A stretch of DNA of 64,000 nt from Gemmatimonadota bacterium (GCA_036679645.1 JAZDCY010000056.1:1-64000), one strand, 5' to 3'; positions 20,397 through 31,080 are shown, counted from the first letter of the stretch. The notes: a model not told the origin generated them from the letters alone. A program made the numbers and translations.

Positions 20397-21770
20397 TCAC
20401 AGCAGCATGCCGGCCAGGCTGGCGCTCATGAAAGCCGCCAGGTTGCCGCCGATCATTGCTTTGAGTCCGAGTCTCGCGAGATCGCTACGGCGTTCTGGGG
20501 CAATGCCCCCGATGCCGCCGATCTGGATGGCGATGGACGAGAAATTGGCGAAGCCCAGCAGCGCGTACGTCGCGATGACCGTTCCGCGCGGCGAGAGGGT
20601 GTCGCCGCTCATGATTCCAGCCAGCTGCGCGTACGCCACGAACTCGTTCACCACGGTCTTGACACCTATGAGCGAACCGACGGTACCCGCGTCCGCCCAC
20701 GGCACTCCCATCAACCAGGCGAGCGGCGCAAGCGCCCACCCGAAGATCCGCTCGAGTGTGAGGTTCTCGATGCCCACCATCCCGGCGACCCCGCCGACGA
20801 TGAAGTTGAGCATGGCGATCAGCGCAATGAACGCCAGCAACATGGCCCCGACGTTGAGCGCGAGTTGGAGACCCTGTCCCGCACCTGACGCGGCGGCTTC
20901 GATGACGTTGGCGTCCGTGCGCTCGATCTCAATCTTCACGTTGCCACGAGTGACCGGTTCCCCGATTTCGGGAACGAGGATCTTGGAGATGAGCAGGGCT
21001 GCCGGTGCGTTCATCACGCTCGCCGTAAGGAGATGGCCGGCGATGTCCGGGAAGAACGGCGAGAGGAACCCGACGTATGCGGCCATGACGCCACCCGCGA
21101 TGGTCGCGAATCCGCCGACCATGACGGTGTTCAGCTCGGAGTTGGTCATGCGACCGACAAAGGGCTTGATGAGCAGTGGGGCCTCGGTCTGGCCGACGAA
21201 GATGTTGCCGGCGGCAGAGAGCGTTTCTGCCCCCGATGTCCCCAGCGCCCGCTGGATGACCCACGCAAGACCGTGCACGATGCGCTGCATGATTCCGAGG
21301 TAGTACAGCACGGACATGAGCGCCGAGAAGAAGATGATCGTCGGGAGGACGTTGAAGGCGAAGAACGCCCCAACGTCGGCCCACATGCCTGACGAGGACA
21401 GCGGATCGAACGCCGGGTTGGTACCGGTTGTCGTCCCGACCGGGACATTGTTTCCCCGGGCGAGGTTCCCGAAGATGAACGCCGCGCCCTCGGTCGTGAA
21501 GCCCAGGAGCCGCCCAAAGACCGCGTTGGCGCCGCGGAAGAGCGCCTGCCCGACCCCGGTTTTGAGCACCAGAACCCCGAACACGGCCTGGAGCCCCACA
21601 CCGGTAGCGACGAGACGCCAGTTGATACGCGACCGGTTGTTGGACAACAGCCAGGCGATGCCAATCATGGTTCCCAGACCGAGGAGCCCAATGAGTCGCG
21701 CGCCGAACGGGGTGTCGAGTGGCGCACCGGCCGCGGGGCCTACCTGGACCATCCACAGCATGGCCATCAT
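20397..21770 (-). CDS. NupC/CNT family nucleoside transporter
   Basis: VLPTIIFFSAL, NIFVGQTEAPL, GFATIAGGV, GFANFSSIAIQIGG. Confidence 0.93.
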   Translation of the reverse strand: MMAMLWMVQVGPAAGAPLDTPFGARLIGLLGLGTMIGIAWLLSNNRSRINWRLVATGVGLQAVFGVLVLKTGVGQALFRGANAVFGRLLGFTTEGAAFIFGNLARGNNVPVGTTTGTNPAFDPLSSSGMWADVGAFFAFNVLPTIIFFSALMSVLYYLGIMQRIVHGLAWVIQRALGTSGAETLSAAGNIFVGQTEAPLLIKPFVGRMTNSELNTVMVGGFATIAGGVMAAYVGFLSPFFPDIAGHLLTASVMNAPAALLISKILVPEIGEPVTRGNVKIEIERTDANVIEAAASGAGQGLQLALNVGAMLLAFIALIAMLNFIVGGVAGMVGIENLTLERIFGWALAPLAWLMGVPWADAGTVGSLIGVKTVVNEFVAYAQLAGIMSGDTLSPRGTVIATYALLGFANFSSIAIQIGGIGGIAPERRSDLARLGLKAMIGGNLAAFMSASLAGMLL

Positions 21771-23002
21771 GGCATTTCCTCGAGTTCGCTCGTGACGCGG
21801 TCGAGCAGTGCACGTTTCTCGTTGGAAGGGAGGAAGGCATGCTCGCAGGCGTTCTTGACAACCTGGTCCAATGCGTTCCGATCGAAGCCCAAGTGTCTGT
21901 GCGCGGTCCAGAACTCGTCCGAAAGCGTGATCCCGTCCATCAACCGGCTATCGGTGCTCAGGGTCACCGGAATACCCGACTCGAGGTACCGGCGGGCCGG
22001 GTGCTCCTCGGCTGTCGGCACCGTTCGCGTGTGCACGTTGGACGTAATGCACATCTCCAACGGTACCCCCTCGGAACGCACGCGCTGCTCGAGGGCCGGA
22101 TCTTCCTCCAACCGGACCCCATGTCCGATCCGGCGGGTGCGGCAGATGTCCATCGCCTCGCGAATGGAGGCTGGCCCGTCACCCTCACCGGCGTGGCACG
22201 TGACGGCCAGGCCGCTTTCGGCGGCAAATGCAAAGGCTTCGGCGTGGTCTGAGGCCGGGTGCCCCGCTTCGGCACCGGCCAGATCGAACGCCACAACGCC
22301 TCTTGCATGGTACCGCACCGCCGCGCGGGCCATCTCGACCGAAACCTCAGGCGGCAACGTGCGGAGCGCGCAGATGATGAGCCGGGCCGTCACGTCATGG
22401 TCTCGCATACCGCGCTCGAGACCGGCAAGCGGCGCCTCAACCGCCTGTTCGATGGACAGCGCCGGCATGTGGAGTGCCGGGCAATAGCGCACCTCCACGT
22501 AGCGTACGTTCTCACGCGCGACATCCTCCACGAACTCGAACGCGATACGTTCGAGCGCTTCGACCGTTTGCATGACCGAGAGCGTGACCTTGAACCGCGC
22601 AAGGTACTCCTCGAGGTTCTTGGCGTCCTTGACAATCATGTACTCGGTGAGCGTGTCGGGTGCATCAGCCGGCAGGGATACGCCGTACGCAGATGCTAAC
22701 TCGAGCATCGTCTCCGGTCGCAGGCATCCGTCGAGATGCACATGCAACTCGGCCTTGGGCATGCGCGCCACCAGATCTGGAGTAACCGGAGCCCGCCCGG
22801 AGGCAGCCTCCATCACGCGAAACACGGCGCCGCCCTCGACGGCACCGCCCGGTTCGACTGGCTGTCCGCCGCCGTCGGTGACGTAGATGTCACCATTGCG
22901 AAGGGCTCTGGCGAGTCCGGGTTCGAAGGCAAGCACGGCCTCGCGAACGGTCGCACCGGGTGCGAGCGCGATCTTCCGATCGTTGACGGAGACGCCGATC
23001 AC
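21767..23002 (-). CDS. add: Adenosine deaminase with an N-terminal ubiquitin/ThiS-like extension
   Basis: PKAELHVHLDG, YVEVRY, HAGE, RIGHG, STD motifs; about 70 extra N-terminal residues. Confidence 0.88.
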   Translation of the reverse strand: MIGVSVNDRKIALAPGATVREAVLAFEPGLARALRNGDIYVTDGGGQPVEPGGAVEGGAVFRVMEAASGRAPVTPDLVARMPKAELHVHLDGCLRPETMLELASAYGVSLPADAPDTLTEYMIVKDAKNLEEYLARFKVTLSVMQTVEALERIAFEFVEDVARENVRYVEVRYCPALHMPALSIEQAVEAPLAGLERGMRDHDVTARLIICALRTLPPEVSVEMARAAVRYHARGVVAFDLAGAEAGHPASDHAEAFAFAAESGLAVTCHAGEGDGPASIREAMDICRTRRIGHGVRLEEDPALEQRVRSEGVPLEMCITSNVHTRTVPTAEEHPARRYLESGIPVTLSTDSRLMDGITLSDEFWTAHRHLGFDRNALDQVVKNACEHAFLPSNEKRALLDRVTSELEEMP

Positions 23003-26000
23003 CGGCGCTCGACCCAGCGACGGCGCGTTGACACCTCGATGGGTTGTGGCAACCGGCCGATGTACTGAATGAGCGCATCGAGATCGGTGAGACCGGAGCG
23101 TTCCAGCGGCTTGCCGACCAGCATGTCGTACCCGCTGCCCCCCACCGCAAGGAAGTCGGGGACGGCGATCGTCACCGTGTCACGGTCGCGCACGCGCCGA
23201 TTGTCGCGAAAGCGAATATCGCGGACCCGGCGCCCGACCTCACGCCGCAGATCGTACTGGACGGTGATGCCCGAGATGTGAGCGTCGATCCGGTCGCGGC
23301 TCAGCGCGTGCTCGAGCACGGCGCGCAACTCGGCACCCGTCACGCTCACCTTCACCACCTGGTTACCGAACGGCTGCACCTCGAAGAGGTCGCCGTACGT
23401 CGCCCGGCCGGCGGCGAGATCGGCACGGATGCCGCCGTTGTTGATCAGACCCACGTCCGCCCGCGCTGCGTTGCGCAACCCGTCCGCAATTAGATTGCCG
23501 AGCAGGTACTCGCCCCGCTGCCGTTCGCGTGGCAGCGGATACAGAAATCGCGCCACCGGACGCAAGGCGACCCGGTTCGCGATCTCGGCGTAGCGCGCAA
23601 CGGTGGCGGCAACAGCGGAATCCGGTTCCACTGCGTCGGTCCAGACCGTCTCGATCCGCGACCGTACCTCGCGGACCCCGTTCGCGCGCCGCACAAAGTC
23701 CACCACCGCGAGATTGGTCCCGCGGGCGCGCGCCTGCACAATGAGAATGCCGTTGATCACGTGATTCACTTCGGAGTGTGTATGACCGCTCACGATCAGG
23801 TCGATACTGGCCGAGTCGAGCCCGCGCGCCAGGTCCACGACCTCTCCCTGACACTCTGGATTGCAGAGCGCCCCGGAGTGCGTCACGATGAACGTGAAAT
23901 CCGGATTGGCGCGGCGGACCTCGGGCAAAACGCGGTTGACCGACTCCGCGCCATCGCGAAACAGCAGTGTCTGTACGTTCAGCGGATTGGTCGTGGTCGG
24001 GGTCGACTCGGTGATGACCCCTATGACGGCGATCTTCAACCCGTTCCGCTCGATCATCGTCCAGGGAACGGCCCACGCCGGTCGCGCCTCCGGATGGTCC
24101 CGCAGGCGGATATTCGCCGCCAGCCATGCATACTCGGATTCATTGAACCGCGCACGCGCGCTGTCGATCGACCAATCGAACTCATGGTTCCCAATGGCGG
24201 CAGCGTCGTACCCTATTAGGTCGAATATCTCGGTGACCGACCGACCGAACACGAAATTCGAGATCGGCGTTCCCTGCCATTCGTCACCGCCATCGAGCCG
24301 CACGGACGGGCATGCACACTCCGCTGCAAGCGAGTCCATCCAGCCTTTGAGCGCCGCCGCACCGCCAACCTCGCGCCCGCTCGCCCACGACGGTGTATCC
24401 GACTCCAACGCGCCGTGTAGGTCGTTCGTGGCCAACACGCGTAACAGAATCGTATCCCGGACAGGCGCCACCGGAGGGCCAAACACCGCCCGGACGCGAG
24501 CCGCACCCGACGCCGGAATGAGCCGCCACGACGGATCGAAATAGGCGTCGGTTCGCAACGTGTCGGCGTCGCGGATCGCTGCGACGACAAGATCGCGGAT
24601 GTTCTGGCCACGATCGTAGACGACTGGGAGGCCGCCGAGCATATCGAACCCCCCACCCCCGGCCTGTCGATAGCTGTTGAGCGCCAGCGTGAACGTGTCC
24701 GCCGCCATGACGAGTTGTCCCTCGAACGTGAGCTGTCGGATGCGCGAACCGGCCGGACGCGACACATCGATCACATACGACACACCACTCACGATATCGT
24801 AGTTGTAGCCACGGACCGAATCGTTGATGGGATGCGCCGCCGTCGTCGCTCGGAAGTACCTCGCGGACCGCTCGAGGTAGGCGCGCAACGTACCGCCGTC
24901 GATGCGCACGGCCTTGAGCGTATTCTCGTACGGATACATCCCTGCCACGTCACTCAACCGGACTGCATCCGGTCCGAACCCTCCGCGCACGTTGAACGCC
25001 GCCGTCGCCGAGAGCTGCGTTCCCGCGACGCGCCGGAGCACATCATTGATGAAGTCGATGATGGGCGTGTCTTCCGCGCGAGCATACCTGGCACTCCAGT
25101 CACCGACGAGCGTCGCGAGCGGTTGCGTAACCCAGGAACGAACGTCCTCATGCGCACGCGCCAGTCGCCGCTGTACTTGCGGTAGCGGACGAACGTCCGC
25201 GAGCGGAACGCCTTCACCGACGATACGCACGACGCGCCAGGGTTGCCCGGCGTTGCGCGCGAGCCAGATATGCGCGACCGCTAGACTCTGCGCCCAGGGT
25301 TGGGGCTGAATGAAGTGCACGCCATCGATGACGGAATCGTTCATCTCCTGGTGGGAATGACCAACCACCACCAGGTCGGGCGGCACGGAGACGGCGGCGA
25401 GGCGAGCCGCCACGTTCTCCTCACCGACGCCCGTCGTGTCGTAGGACGATCCCGGTCCCATCCCGGAATGGACAGCGACAACCACCAGATCGGCGGCGCT
25501 CCGAACAAGCGGCAAGATCTGCTCCGCTGCCGGGAGGATGCGCCGCACGGCGACACGTCCGGCCACGCGCTGCCGGTCCCACACCATCACGCCGGGCGTC
25601 GTGAAGCCGGTCACGCCAACGCGGACCCCACCACGGGGGAGCACGACATATGGCTGATAGACCAGCGTGTCGCGGGGGAGTCGGCGGATGTTGCCGGATA
25701 CTATGGAGAAGGCGGCCGGCCGATACGCGCGCGCCAGCACATCCAGCCCGAAATTGAATTCATGGTTGCCGGGAGTGATCACATCGTACCCCACCGCGTT
25801 CATCGCGTCGAGCACGGGATGGACACTGGCGGGCTGCTCCACGGCAAAGTAGGTGGCGAATGGGCTGCCCTGGATGAGATCGCCGGCGTCGAGCACCAGG
25901 ACCTCACCCGGATACCGCTGACGCAACGAATCGACAACGGTTGCGGCGCGCGCCAGACCCCACGGGGCTGCGCGATCGTTCACATAATCCCACGCCGTCG

Positions 26001-26115
26001 CGTGGCCGTGGACATCGGTCGTGGCCACGATGACCACGTGCGCCGTGTCTTGCCCGCTTGCCGGCCGGCCAGTGGCCGCCACGAGCGCAATGGGTACGAC
26101 CAACATGCTTCGCAT
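22999..26115 (-). CDS. Secreted tandem metallophosphatase/5'-nucleotidase (CpdB-like plus UshA-like units)
   Basis: Two motif sets: TTDVHG/DAGD/GNHEF/GHSH and TNDLHG/DGGD/GNHEFD/SGHTH, each followed by a 5'-NT C-domain. Confidence 0.9.
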   Translation of the reverse strand: MRSMLVVPIALVAATGRPASGQDTAHVVIVATTDVHGHATAWDYVNDRAAPWGLARAATVVDSLRQRYPGEVLVLDAGDLIQGSPFATYFAVEQPASVHPVLDAMNAVGYDVITPGNHEFNFGLDVLARAYRPAAFSIVSGNIRRLPRDTLVYQPYVVLPRGGVRVGVTGFTTPGVMVWDRQRVAGRVAVRRILPAAEQILPLVRSAADLVVVAVHSGMGPGSSYDTTGVGEENVAARLAAVSVPPDLVVVGHSHQEMNDSVIDGVHFIQPQPWAQSLAVAHIWLARNAGQPWRVVRIVGEGVPLADVRPLPQVQRRLARAHEDVRSWVTQPLATLVGDWSARYARAEDTPIIDFINDVLRRVAGTQLSATAAFNVRGGFGPDAVRLSDVAGMYPYENTLKAVRIDGGTLRAYLERSARYFRATTAAHPINDSVRGYNYDIVSGVSYVIDVSRPAGSRIRQLTFEGQLVMAADTFTLALNSYRQAGGGGFDMLGGLPVVYDRGQNIRDLVVAAIRDADTLRTDAYFDPSWRLIPASGAARVRAVFGPPVAPVRDTILLRVLATNDLHGALESDTPSWASGREVGGAAALKGWMDSLAAECACPSVRLDGGDEWQGTPISNFVFGRSVTEIFDLIGYDAAAIGNHEFDWSIDSARARFNESEYAWLAANIRLRDHPEARPAWAVPWTMIERNGLKIAVIGVITESTPTTTNPLNVQTLLFRDGAESVNRVLPEVRRANPDFTFIVTHSGALCNPECQGEVVDLARGLDSASIDLIVSGHTHSEVNHVINGILIVQARARGTNLAVVDFVRRANGVREVRSRIETVWTDAVEPDSAVAATVARYAEIANRVALRPVARFLYPLPRERQRGEYLLGNLIADGLRNAARADVGLINNGGIRADLAAGRATYGDLFEVQPFGNQVVKVSVTGAELRAVLEHALSRDRIDAHISGITVQYDLRREVGRRVRDIRFRDNRRVRDRDTVTIAVPDFLAVGGSGYDMLVGKPLERSGLTDLDALIQYIGRLPQPIEVSTRRRWVERR

Positions 26116-26182
26116 GAATCACGCAATCTGACCAGGCCGCGACACGCGCGCAAATGCGGGGGCGATTATTATTCGCGGCACG

Positions 26183-26887
26183 ATGAAGTACCACATTCTC
26201 GTGGTTGACGACGAGCCCGATATCACCGCACTCGTTGCCTTTCACCTCGCGAGAGCGGGGTATGGTGTGACGACGGCCGGCGACGGGTCGGAAGCCCTCA
26301 GGGCCGCGCGGGAGCAGCCGCCCGACCTCGTTGTGCTCGACCTCATGCTCCCGGGTCTCTCAGGGTTCGACGTCCTCGAGACCCTGCGCGACCGTCCTGA
26401 AACCAGCAAGGTCGGCGTGCTATTGCTTACCGCCCGCAAGAAAGAGGCAGATCGTATCGAGGGCCTGTCGCTGGGTGCAGACGACTACCTCGTCAAGCCG
26501 TTCTCTACCAAGGAGCTGGTCCTGCGCGTCGGGGCCATCCTGCGTCGCATGTCCGGGCCATCGGTCGCGAAGGGCTCGCGTATCTCCGCCGGGGCATTGT
26601 CCATCGACTTGGCCGGTCACACGGTATGCTACGATCGGGATGTGCTGGATCTCACCGCGACCGAGTTCAGGCTTCTCGTCACGCTGGCCGAGCGCAGGGG
26701 TCGGGTACAGAGTCGCGCGCAGCTCCTCGAGGCCGTTTGGGACGCGAATCCCGAAATCCAGACGCGCACCGTGGACATGCACGTGCAGCGGCTGAGGTCC
26801 AAACTGGGAAAGGCCGCCGATCTCATTGAGACGGTTCGTGGGTTTGGCTATCGCTTCCGACGCGACAGGCAGCGCACGGGACGGTGA
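26183..26887 (+). CDS. OmpR/PhoB family response regulator (PhoB-like)
   Basis: ILVVDDE, LDLMLP, GADDYLVKPF, TRTVDMHVQRLRSKL, ETVRGFGY. Confidence 0.92.
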   Translation: MKYHILVVDDEPDITALVAFHLARAGYGVTTAGDGSEALRAAREQPPDLVVLDLMLPGLSGFDVLETLRDRPETSKVGVLLLTARKKEADRIEGLSLGADDYLVKPFSTKELVLRVGAILRRMSGPSVAKGSRISAGALSIDLAGHTVCYDRDVLDLTATEFRLLVTLAERRGRVQSRAQLLEAVWDANPEIQTRTVDMHVQRLRSKLGKAADLIETVRGFGYRFRRDRQRTGR

Positions 26888-28299
26888 CCTCCCGTGCCCG
26901 GACGCTGCTCGCGATGCTGGCGATCCTCGTCGTGACAGTGCTCATCTCGACGATCGTGGCCGAGCGCGGCTTGCGGCGAGAACTCGTGACCCGGCTGGCA
27001 GACGAGACGCAAATCGATACCGCCGTGTCCGATGCCAAACGCACCGTGTATCTGGCGGCGGTGGTGGCGCTAGCTTTCGGGACGGGAGTGGCCGCCGTCT
27101 CGGGGCACATCATGGGGCGACCACTGCGACAGCTCGCACGCGCCGCACGCCAGCTCGCCAATGGAAGTCCGCCAACATACCCGACGTCGTCGGTACCGGA
27201 GATTCGAGATCTCGTACACGCGTTGAAAACCATGCGGGAGCAGCTCGCCGACCGCATCGCCACCATCGAGACAAATCGCGCGGGGACCAGCGCACTAATC
27301 GAGTCGATGATCGAGGGTGTCGTCGCGGCTGATGCGAGCGGCAGTGTGCTGGTGTGCAACACCGCCATGCGGCGTCTCCTAGAACGGGAATCCGATGCCA
27401 CGCTGCCAAACATCAAGCAGCTTTTCGGTCGCGCCGACACGCGCGCTGTAGTAGACGAGGTACTGGCCGGCCAATCCGTTTCCGGACTCGAGCTGATGCT
27501 AGGCACGCGAACGGTGCTCGTCACCGCGCGCCCGCTCCCCGCAGGAGGTGGCGTCATCTGCGCGCACGACATCACGAACCTGCGGCGACTCGAGAACGTG
27601 CGACGGGATTTTGTCGCCAACGTATCCCACGAGCTGAAAACACCTCTCACCAACATTGCCGGGTACAGTGAAACACTCCTGCACGACCCGGTGGATACAG
27701 AAACCGCGCAACGGTTTCTGCAGGTGATCCACGCGAATACGCAGCGCATGCAGCACCTCGTCGACGACCTGCTCGACCTGGCGAAGCTCGAGTCGGGCGG
27801 CTGGCGTCCCGCACCGCAGCGAGTGGATCTCCGCGAAGGCGCGGCATTGGCGTGGGCACCGCTGGCGGATCGGGCCGGCTCGGTACACGTAAACTTGTCC
27901 CTCACGATGGACAGCGGGTTCGCGCTCGTCGCCGACCCGAGCGCGTTTCATCAGATACTGACGAACCTGTTTGACAACGCCCTGCGCTATAGCAGCGAAG
28001 GGGGGCGGATCGAAGTGATTGGGAACGTGCTGGACCAGGGCACCGAAGTGTTGGTGCGAGACAGCGGGACGGGTATTGCCGCAGAGCACCTCCCCCGGAT
28101 ATTCGAGCGATTCTATCGCGCGGATCCTGCCCGGTCGCGGGCGCAGGGTGGGACGGGTCTCGGTCTTTCCATCGTCAAGCATCTCATGGAGGCGCACAGC
28201 GGCTACGTGGAGGTCCGCAGCGCGTTCGGGCACGGCACCACCGTAAGGCTGTTCTTCCCCCATGATCCTCCCACGCTCGGCCAACCTGATCGTACCTAG
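26884..28299 (+). CDS. PhoR-like sensor histidine kinase (2 TM, HAMP, PAS, HisKA, HATPase)
   Basis: RRDFVANVSHELKTPLT, NLFDNALRY, IFERFYR, GGTGLGLSIVKH. Confidence 0.9.
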   Translation: MTSRARTLLAMLAILVVTVLISTIVAERGLRRELVTRLADETQIDTAVSDAKRTVYLAAVVALAFGTGVAAVSGHIMGRPLRQLARAARQLANGSPPTYPTSSVPEIRDLVHALKTMREQLADRIATIETNRAGTSALIESMIEGVVAADASGSVLVCNTAMRRLLERESDATLPNIKQLFGRADTRAVVDEVLAGQSVSGLELMLGTRTVLVTARPLPAGGGVICAHDITNLRRLENVRRDFVANVSHELKTPLTNIAGYSETLLHDPVDTETAQRFLQVIHANTQRMQHLVDDLLDLAKLESGGWRPAPQRVDLREGAALAWAPLADRAGSVHVNLSLTMDSGFALVADPSAFHQILTNLFDNALRYSSEGGRIEVIGNVLDQGTEVLVRDSGTGIAAEHLPRIFERFYRADPARSRAQGGTGLGLSIVKHLMEAHSGYVEVRSAFGHGTTVRLFFPHDPPTLGQPDRT

Positions 28300-28346
28300 C
28301 GTCGGCGGCCCTCACATGCCTCCCCGGCACGGCGGATAGTCGGACA

Positions 28347-30098
28347 ATGACGCCGCTCGACTGGGGCATCGTCGTCGCCTACCTGGTTTTCGCACTGGGC
28401 GTGGGCGTCGTGTTTCGCCGGCGCGCCGGCCGATCGATAACCGAGTACTTCCTCTCGGGTCGCTCCCTTCCGTGGTGGCTCGCCGGCACGTCGATCGTTG
28501 CGACGATGTTCGCCGCCGACACGCCGCTTGTCGTGGCTGGGCTGGTGGCTAACGACGGGATCGCAGGCGTCTGGTTCATCTGGAACTTCGCCGCCGCACA
28601 CCTCCTTGCCACGTTCTTCTTTGCCCGGCTGTGGCGCCGCGCGGGCGTGGTGACGGACCTCGAACTCGTCGACATCCGCTATTCCGGCACGCCGGCGCGG
28701 ATCTTACGCGGATTCCGCAGCGTGTGGGAAGGCGTCGTGCTGAACTCCATCATCATGGGCTGGGTGATCCTCGCCATGGTGAAAATCCTCGGCGTACTGG
28801 TGGACCTCGATGCCGTCACCGCCACGTTGCGCATCGATCATCTGATCGACGGTCGGTGGTTCGGTATTCTCATCTGCCTCGCGGTCGCGACCGCGTACAC
28901 GGTCCTGTCGGGACTCTGGGGCGTCGTGGTCACGGACATCGTGCAGTTCGTGATCGCCATGGTAGGAGCCATTGCGCTCGCCATCATTGTCGTCCACGAC
29001 GTGGGCGGTGTCGCCGAGTTGAAGCTGCGCCTAGCCGAGCGCTTCGGGTCAGCGGCAGACAGCTACCTCAGCATCGTACCGGACGGAAGCGAGATAGCAC
29101 TCCCCTGGATCACGTTCCTGGCGCTGATAGGCGTGAACTGGTGGGCAACCCGCGACGCGGGCGGCACGAGCTACATGGTACAGCGGATGCTCGCTACCAA
29201 GAACGAGGCGCATAGCTTCCTGGCCGTACTCTGGTTCTGCGTGCTGCACTACATCGTGCGGCCCTGGCCGTGGATCGTGGTCGCGCTCGCCGCGCTCGTG
29301 GTGTTTCCCAACCTCCCCGATCCCGAGTTGGGATACCCCCGGATGATCGTGGCGATGCTCCCCGCAGGACTCCTCGGCCTCATGGTGGCAAGCATGGTGG
29401 CGGCCTTCATGAGCACTATCGACACGCTGCTCAACTGGGGTGTATCGCTCCTCGTCAACGATCTGTACAAACCGTTCGTGCGCCGACGCGCCGCGGAGAC
29501 GCACTACGTGCTCATCTCAAAGCTCCTCATCGTCGGCCTCGTGATCGTAGGCGGTATCGCGGCGTACCTCATGCAGACGATCCGTGGCGCATGGGAGCTG
29601 TTCTTTGGGATGACGGTGGGCATTGGCGGTCTCTACATCATGCGCTGGTGGTGGTGGCGCGTAAACGCGTGGAGCGAGATCGCCGCCTGGGTTGCCACTG
29701 CCACCGTGTACCTCGGCCTGAACTGGCTCGCGCCGGCGCTGGGATTCGGCTGGACGCTGATCATCACCGCGCTCGGGTCCACCGCCTGCTGGATTGGCGT
29801 CGCCCTCCTTACCGCCCCCACTGATCAGGCGGTGCTGCTCGCCTTCTATGAGCGGGTGCGGCCGGGGACCCCGTGGTGGGGACCGATCGCCCGACTGAGC
29901 GGCGTCTCGGTGAAAGCGGTCGGGTGGCACGACGTTGGAGAGTGGCTCGCCGCCCTTGTGGCCCTCTATGCCGCCGTGTTCGGCGTCGGGTGGCTAGTGC
30001 TAGGTGACTGGATCTATGGCGCAACGGCGCTCATGGTCGCCGCGCTCGGGGGGTCGGTCATGATCCGCTCGGTGACGCAGGCGTGGCGAGAGGTCTGA
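28347..30098 (+). CDS. Sodium:solute symporter
   Basis: EYFLSGRSLPWW, ATMFAADTP, VQRML, AAFMST; many TM helices. Confidence 0.9.
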   Translation: MTPLDWGIVVAYLVFALGVGVVFRRRAGRSITEYFLSGRSLPWWLAGTSIVATMFAADTPLVVAGLVANDGIAGVWFIWNFAAAHLLATFFFARLWRRAGVVTDLELVDIRYSGTPARILRGFRSVWEGVVLNSIIMGWVILAMVKILGVLVDLDAVTATLRIDHLIDGRWFGILICLAVATAYTVLSGLWGVVVTDIVQFVIAMVGAIALAIIVVHDVGGVAELKLRLAERFGSAADSYLSIVPDGSEIALPWITFLALIGVNWWATRDAGGTSYMVQRMLATKNEAHSFLAVLWFCVLHYIVRPWPWIVVALAALVVFPNLPDPELGYPRMIVAMLPAGLLGLMVASMVAAFMSTIDTLLNWGVSLLVNDLYKPFVRRRAAETHYVLISKLLIVGLVIVGGIAAYLMQTIRGAWELFFGMTVGIGGLYIMRWWWWRVNAWSEIAAWVATATVYLGLNWLAPALGFGWTLIITALGSTACWIGVALLTAPTDQAVLLAFYERVRPGTPWWGPIARLSGVSVKAVGWHDVGEWLAALVALYAAVFGVGWLVLGDWIYGATALMVAALGGSVMIRSVTQAWREV

Positions 30099-30157
30099 CC
30101 GCGCACCAACGGCCGGATTCGAACGGGTAGGACAAATCGGAGCCGCTCTTGCGACGC

Positions 30158-30910
30158 TCAACGCCAGGTACCGACCTCGACCCTCGGACGCGTGTGTTTG
30201 GCAACGAGTTCCGGATTGGTGAAGAGCTTGATCAAGGCAACGCCGGCGATGAACCCGCCCAGATGAGCCGCGAACGCCACGCCCCCCTCTTGCGCCCCGC
30301 CGATGGCGGGGAGGCCTCCAAGCAATTGCAGAAGGAACCAGTACAGCAACATGAGATAGGCGGGCACGGCCACCGTGAAGATGAGCCCGAAGAAGATCAG
30401 CGTGTGGATGCGCACCCGCGGGTACAGGATCAGATACGCGCCCATGACACCACTCACCGCCCCGGACGCGCCAACCATCGGGACCGCAGATGAGGGACCG
30501 CTCGCAATCTGGGCGACGGCGGCAACCACACCGACGACCAAGTAGAACACCGCGAACCGGGTGTGGCCCATCGAGTCCTCGATGTTGTTCCCGAAGATCC
30601 ACAGAAACCACATGTTGCCGATCAGATGGAACCACCCACCGTGCATGAACATCGACGTAAACACGGTATACCACGGTACACCGGACGTGATCACGCAGAC
30701 GGACTGGGGCCCGACGCGGAACTGCGTTCCTTCAGGCAAGCGTCCCAACAGATCGCCCGGGACGAGCCCCAGCTCGCAGACCGAGCGAGCGAGCGCCGGG
30801 CTGGTCCCTGCTCCCTGAACCAGCAACCACACCGCCAGATTGGCCACTATTATGCCGATCGTCACGATCGGGGTCAGTTCGGTGGGATTCTCGTCGCGAT
30901 AGGGGAACAC
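30158..30910 (-). CDS. Rhomboid intramembrane serine protease
   Basis: SMFMHGGWFHLIGNM, GASGA, AHLGG; GTG start at 30910 (MFPYRDENPT). Confidence 0.9.
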   Translation of the reverse strand: MFPYRDENPTELTPIVTIGIIVANLAVWLLVQGAGTSPALARSVCELGLVPGDLLGRLPEGTQFRVGPQSVCVITSGVPWYTVFTSMFMHGGWFHLIGNMWFLWIFGNNIEDSMGHTRFAVFYLVVGVVAAVAQIASGPSSAVPMVGASGAVSGVMGAYLILYPRVRIHTLIFFGLIFTVAVPAYLMLLYWFLLQLLGGLPAIGGAQEGGVAFAAHLGGFIAGVALIKLFTNPELVAKHTRPRVEVGTWR

Positions 30911-30987
30911 TCGTATCCTCGGTGTCTCGTGATGGTAGCACTCTAACGTGATACGCGACAATTATATGTGCTGCTTTGGGTTTGTGC

Positions 30988-31080
30988 GCGGTGAGCGGTG
31001 AGCGGTGAGCGGTAAGCGGGAACGGACCCACCTCAAGCAGAACCTGCGCACAGCGTACCGCTCACCGCGTACCGTCTCAC
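30988..31080. repeat. Heptamer tandem repeat (GCGGTGA, about 5 copies) with a degenerate inverted array
   Basis: 30988-31022 forward; ccgctca/ccgcgta-type inverted copies at 31051-31080. Confidence 0.85.

Noticed and set aside
30988..31080. Short repeats as a CRISPR array
   Set aside because: Units are 7-8 bp with no spacers, and there are no cas genes in the window
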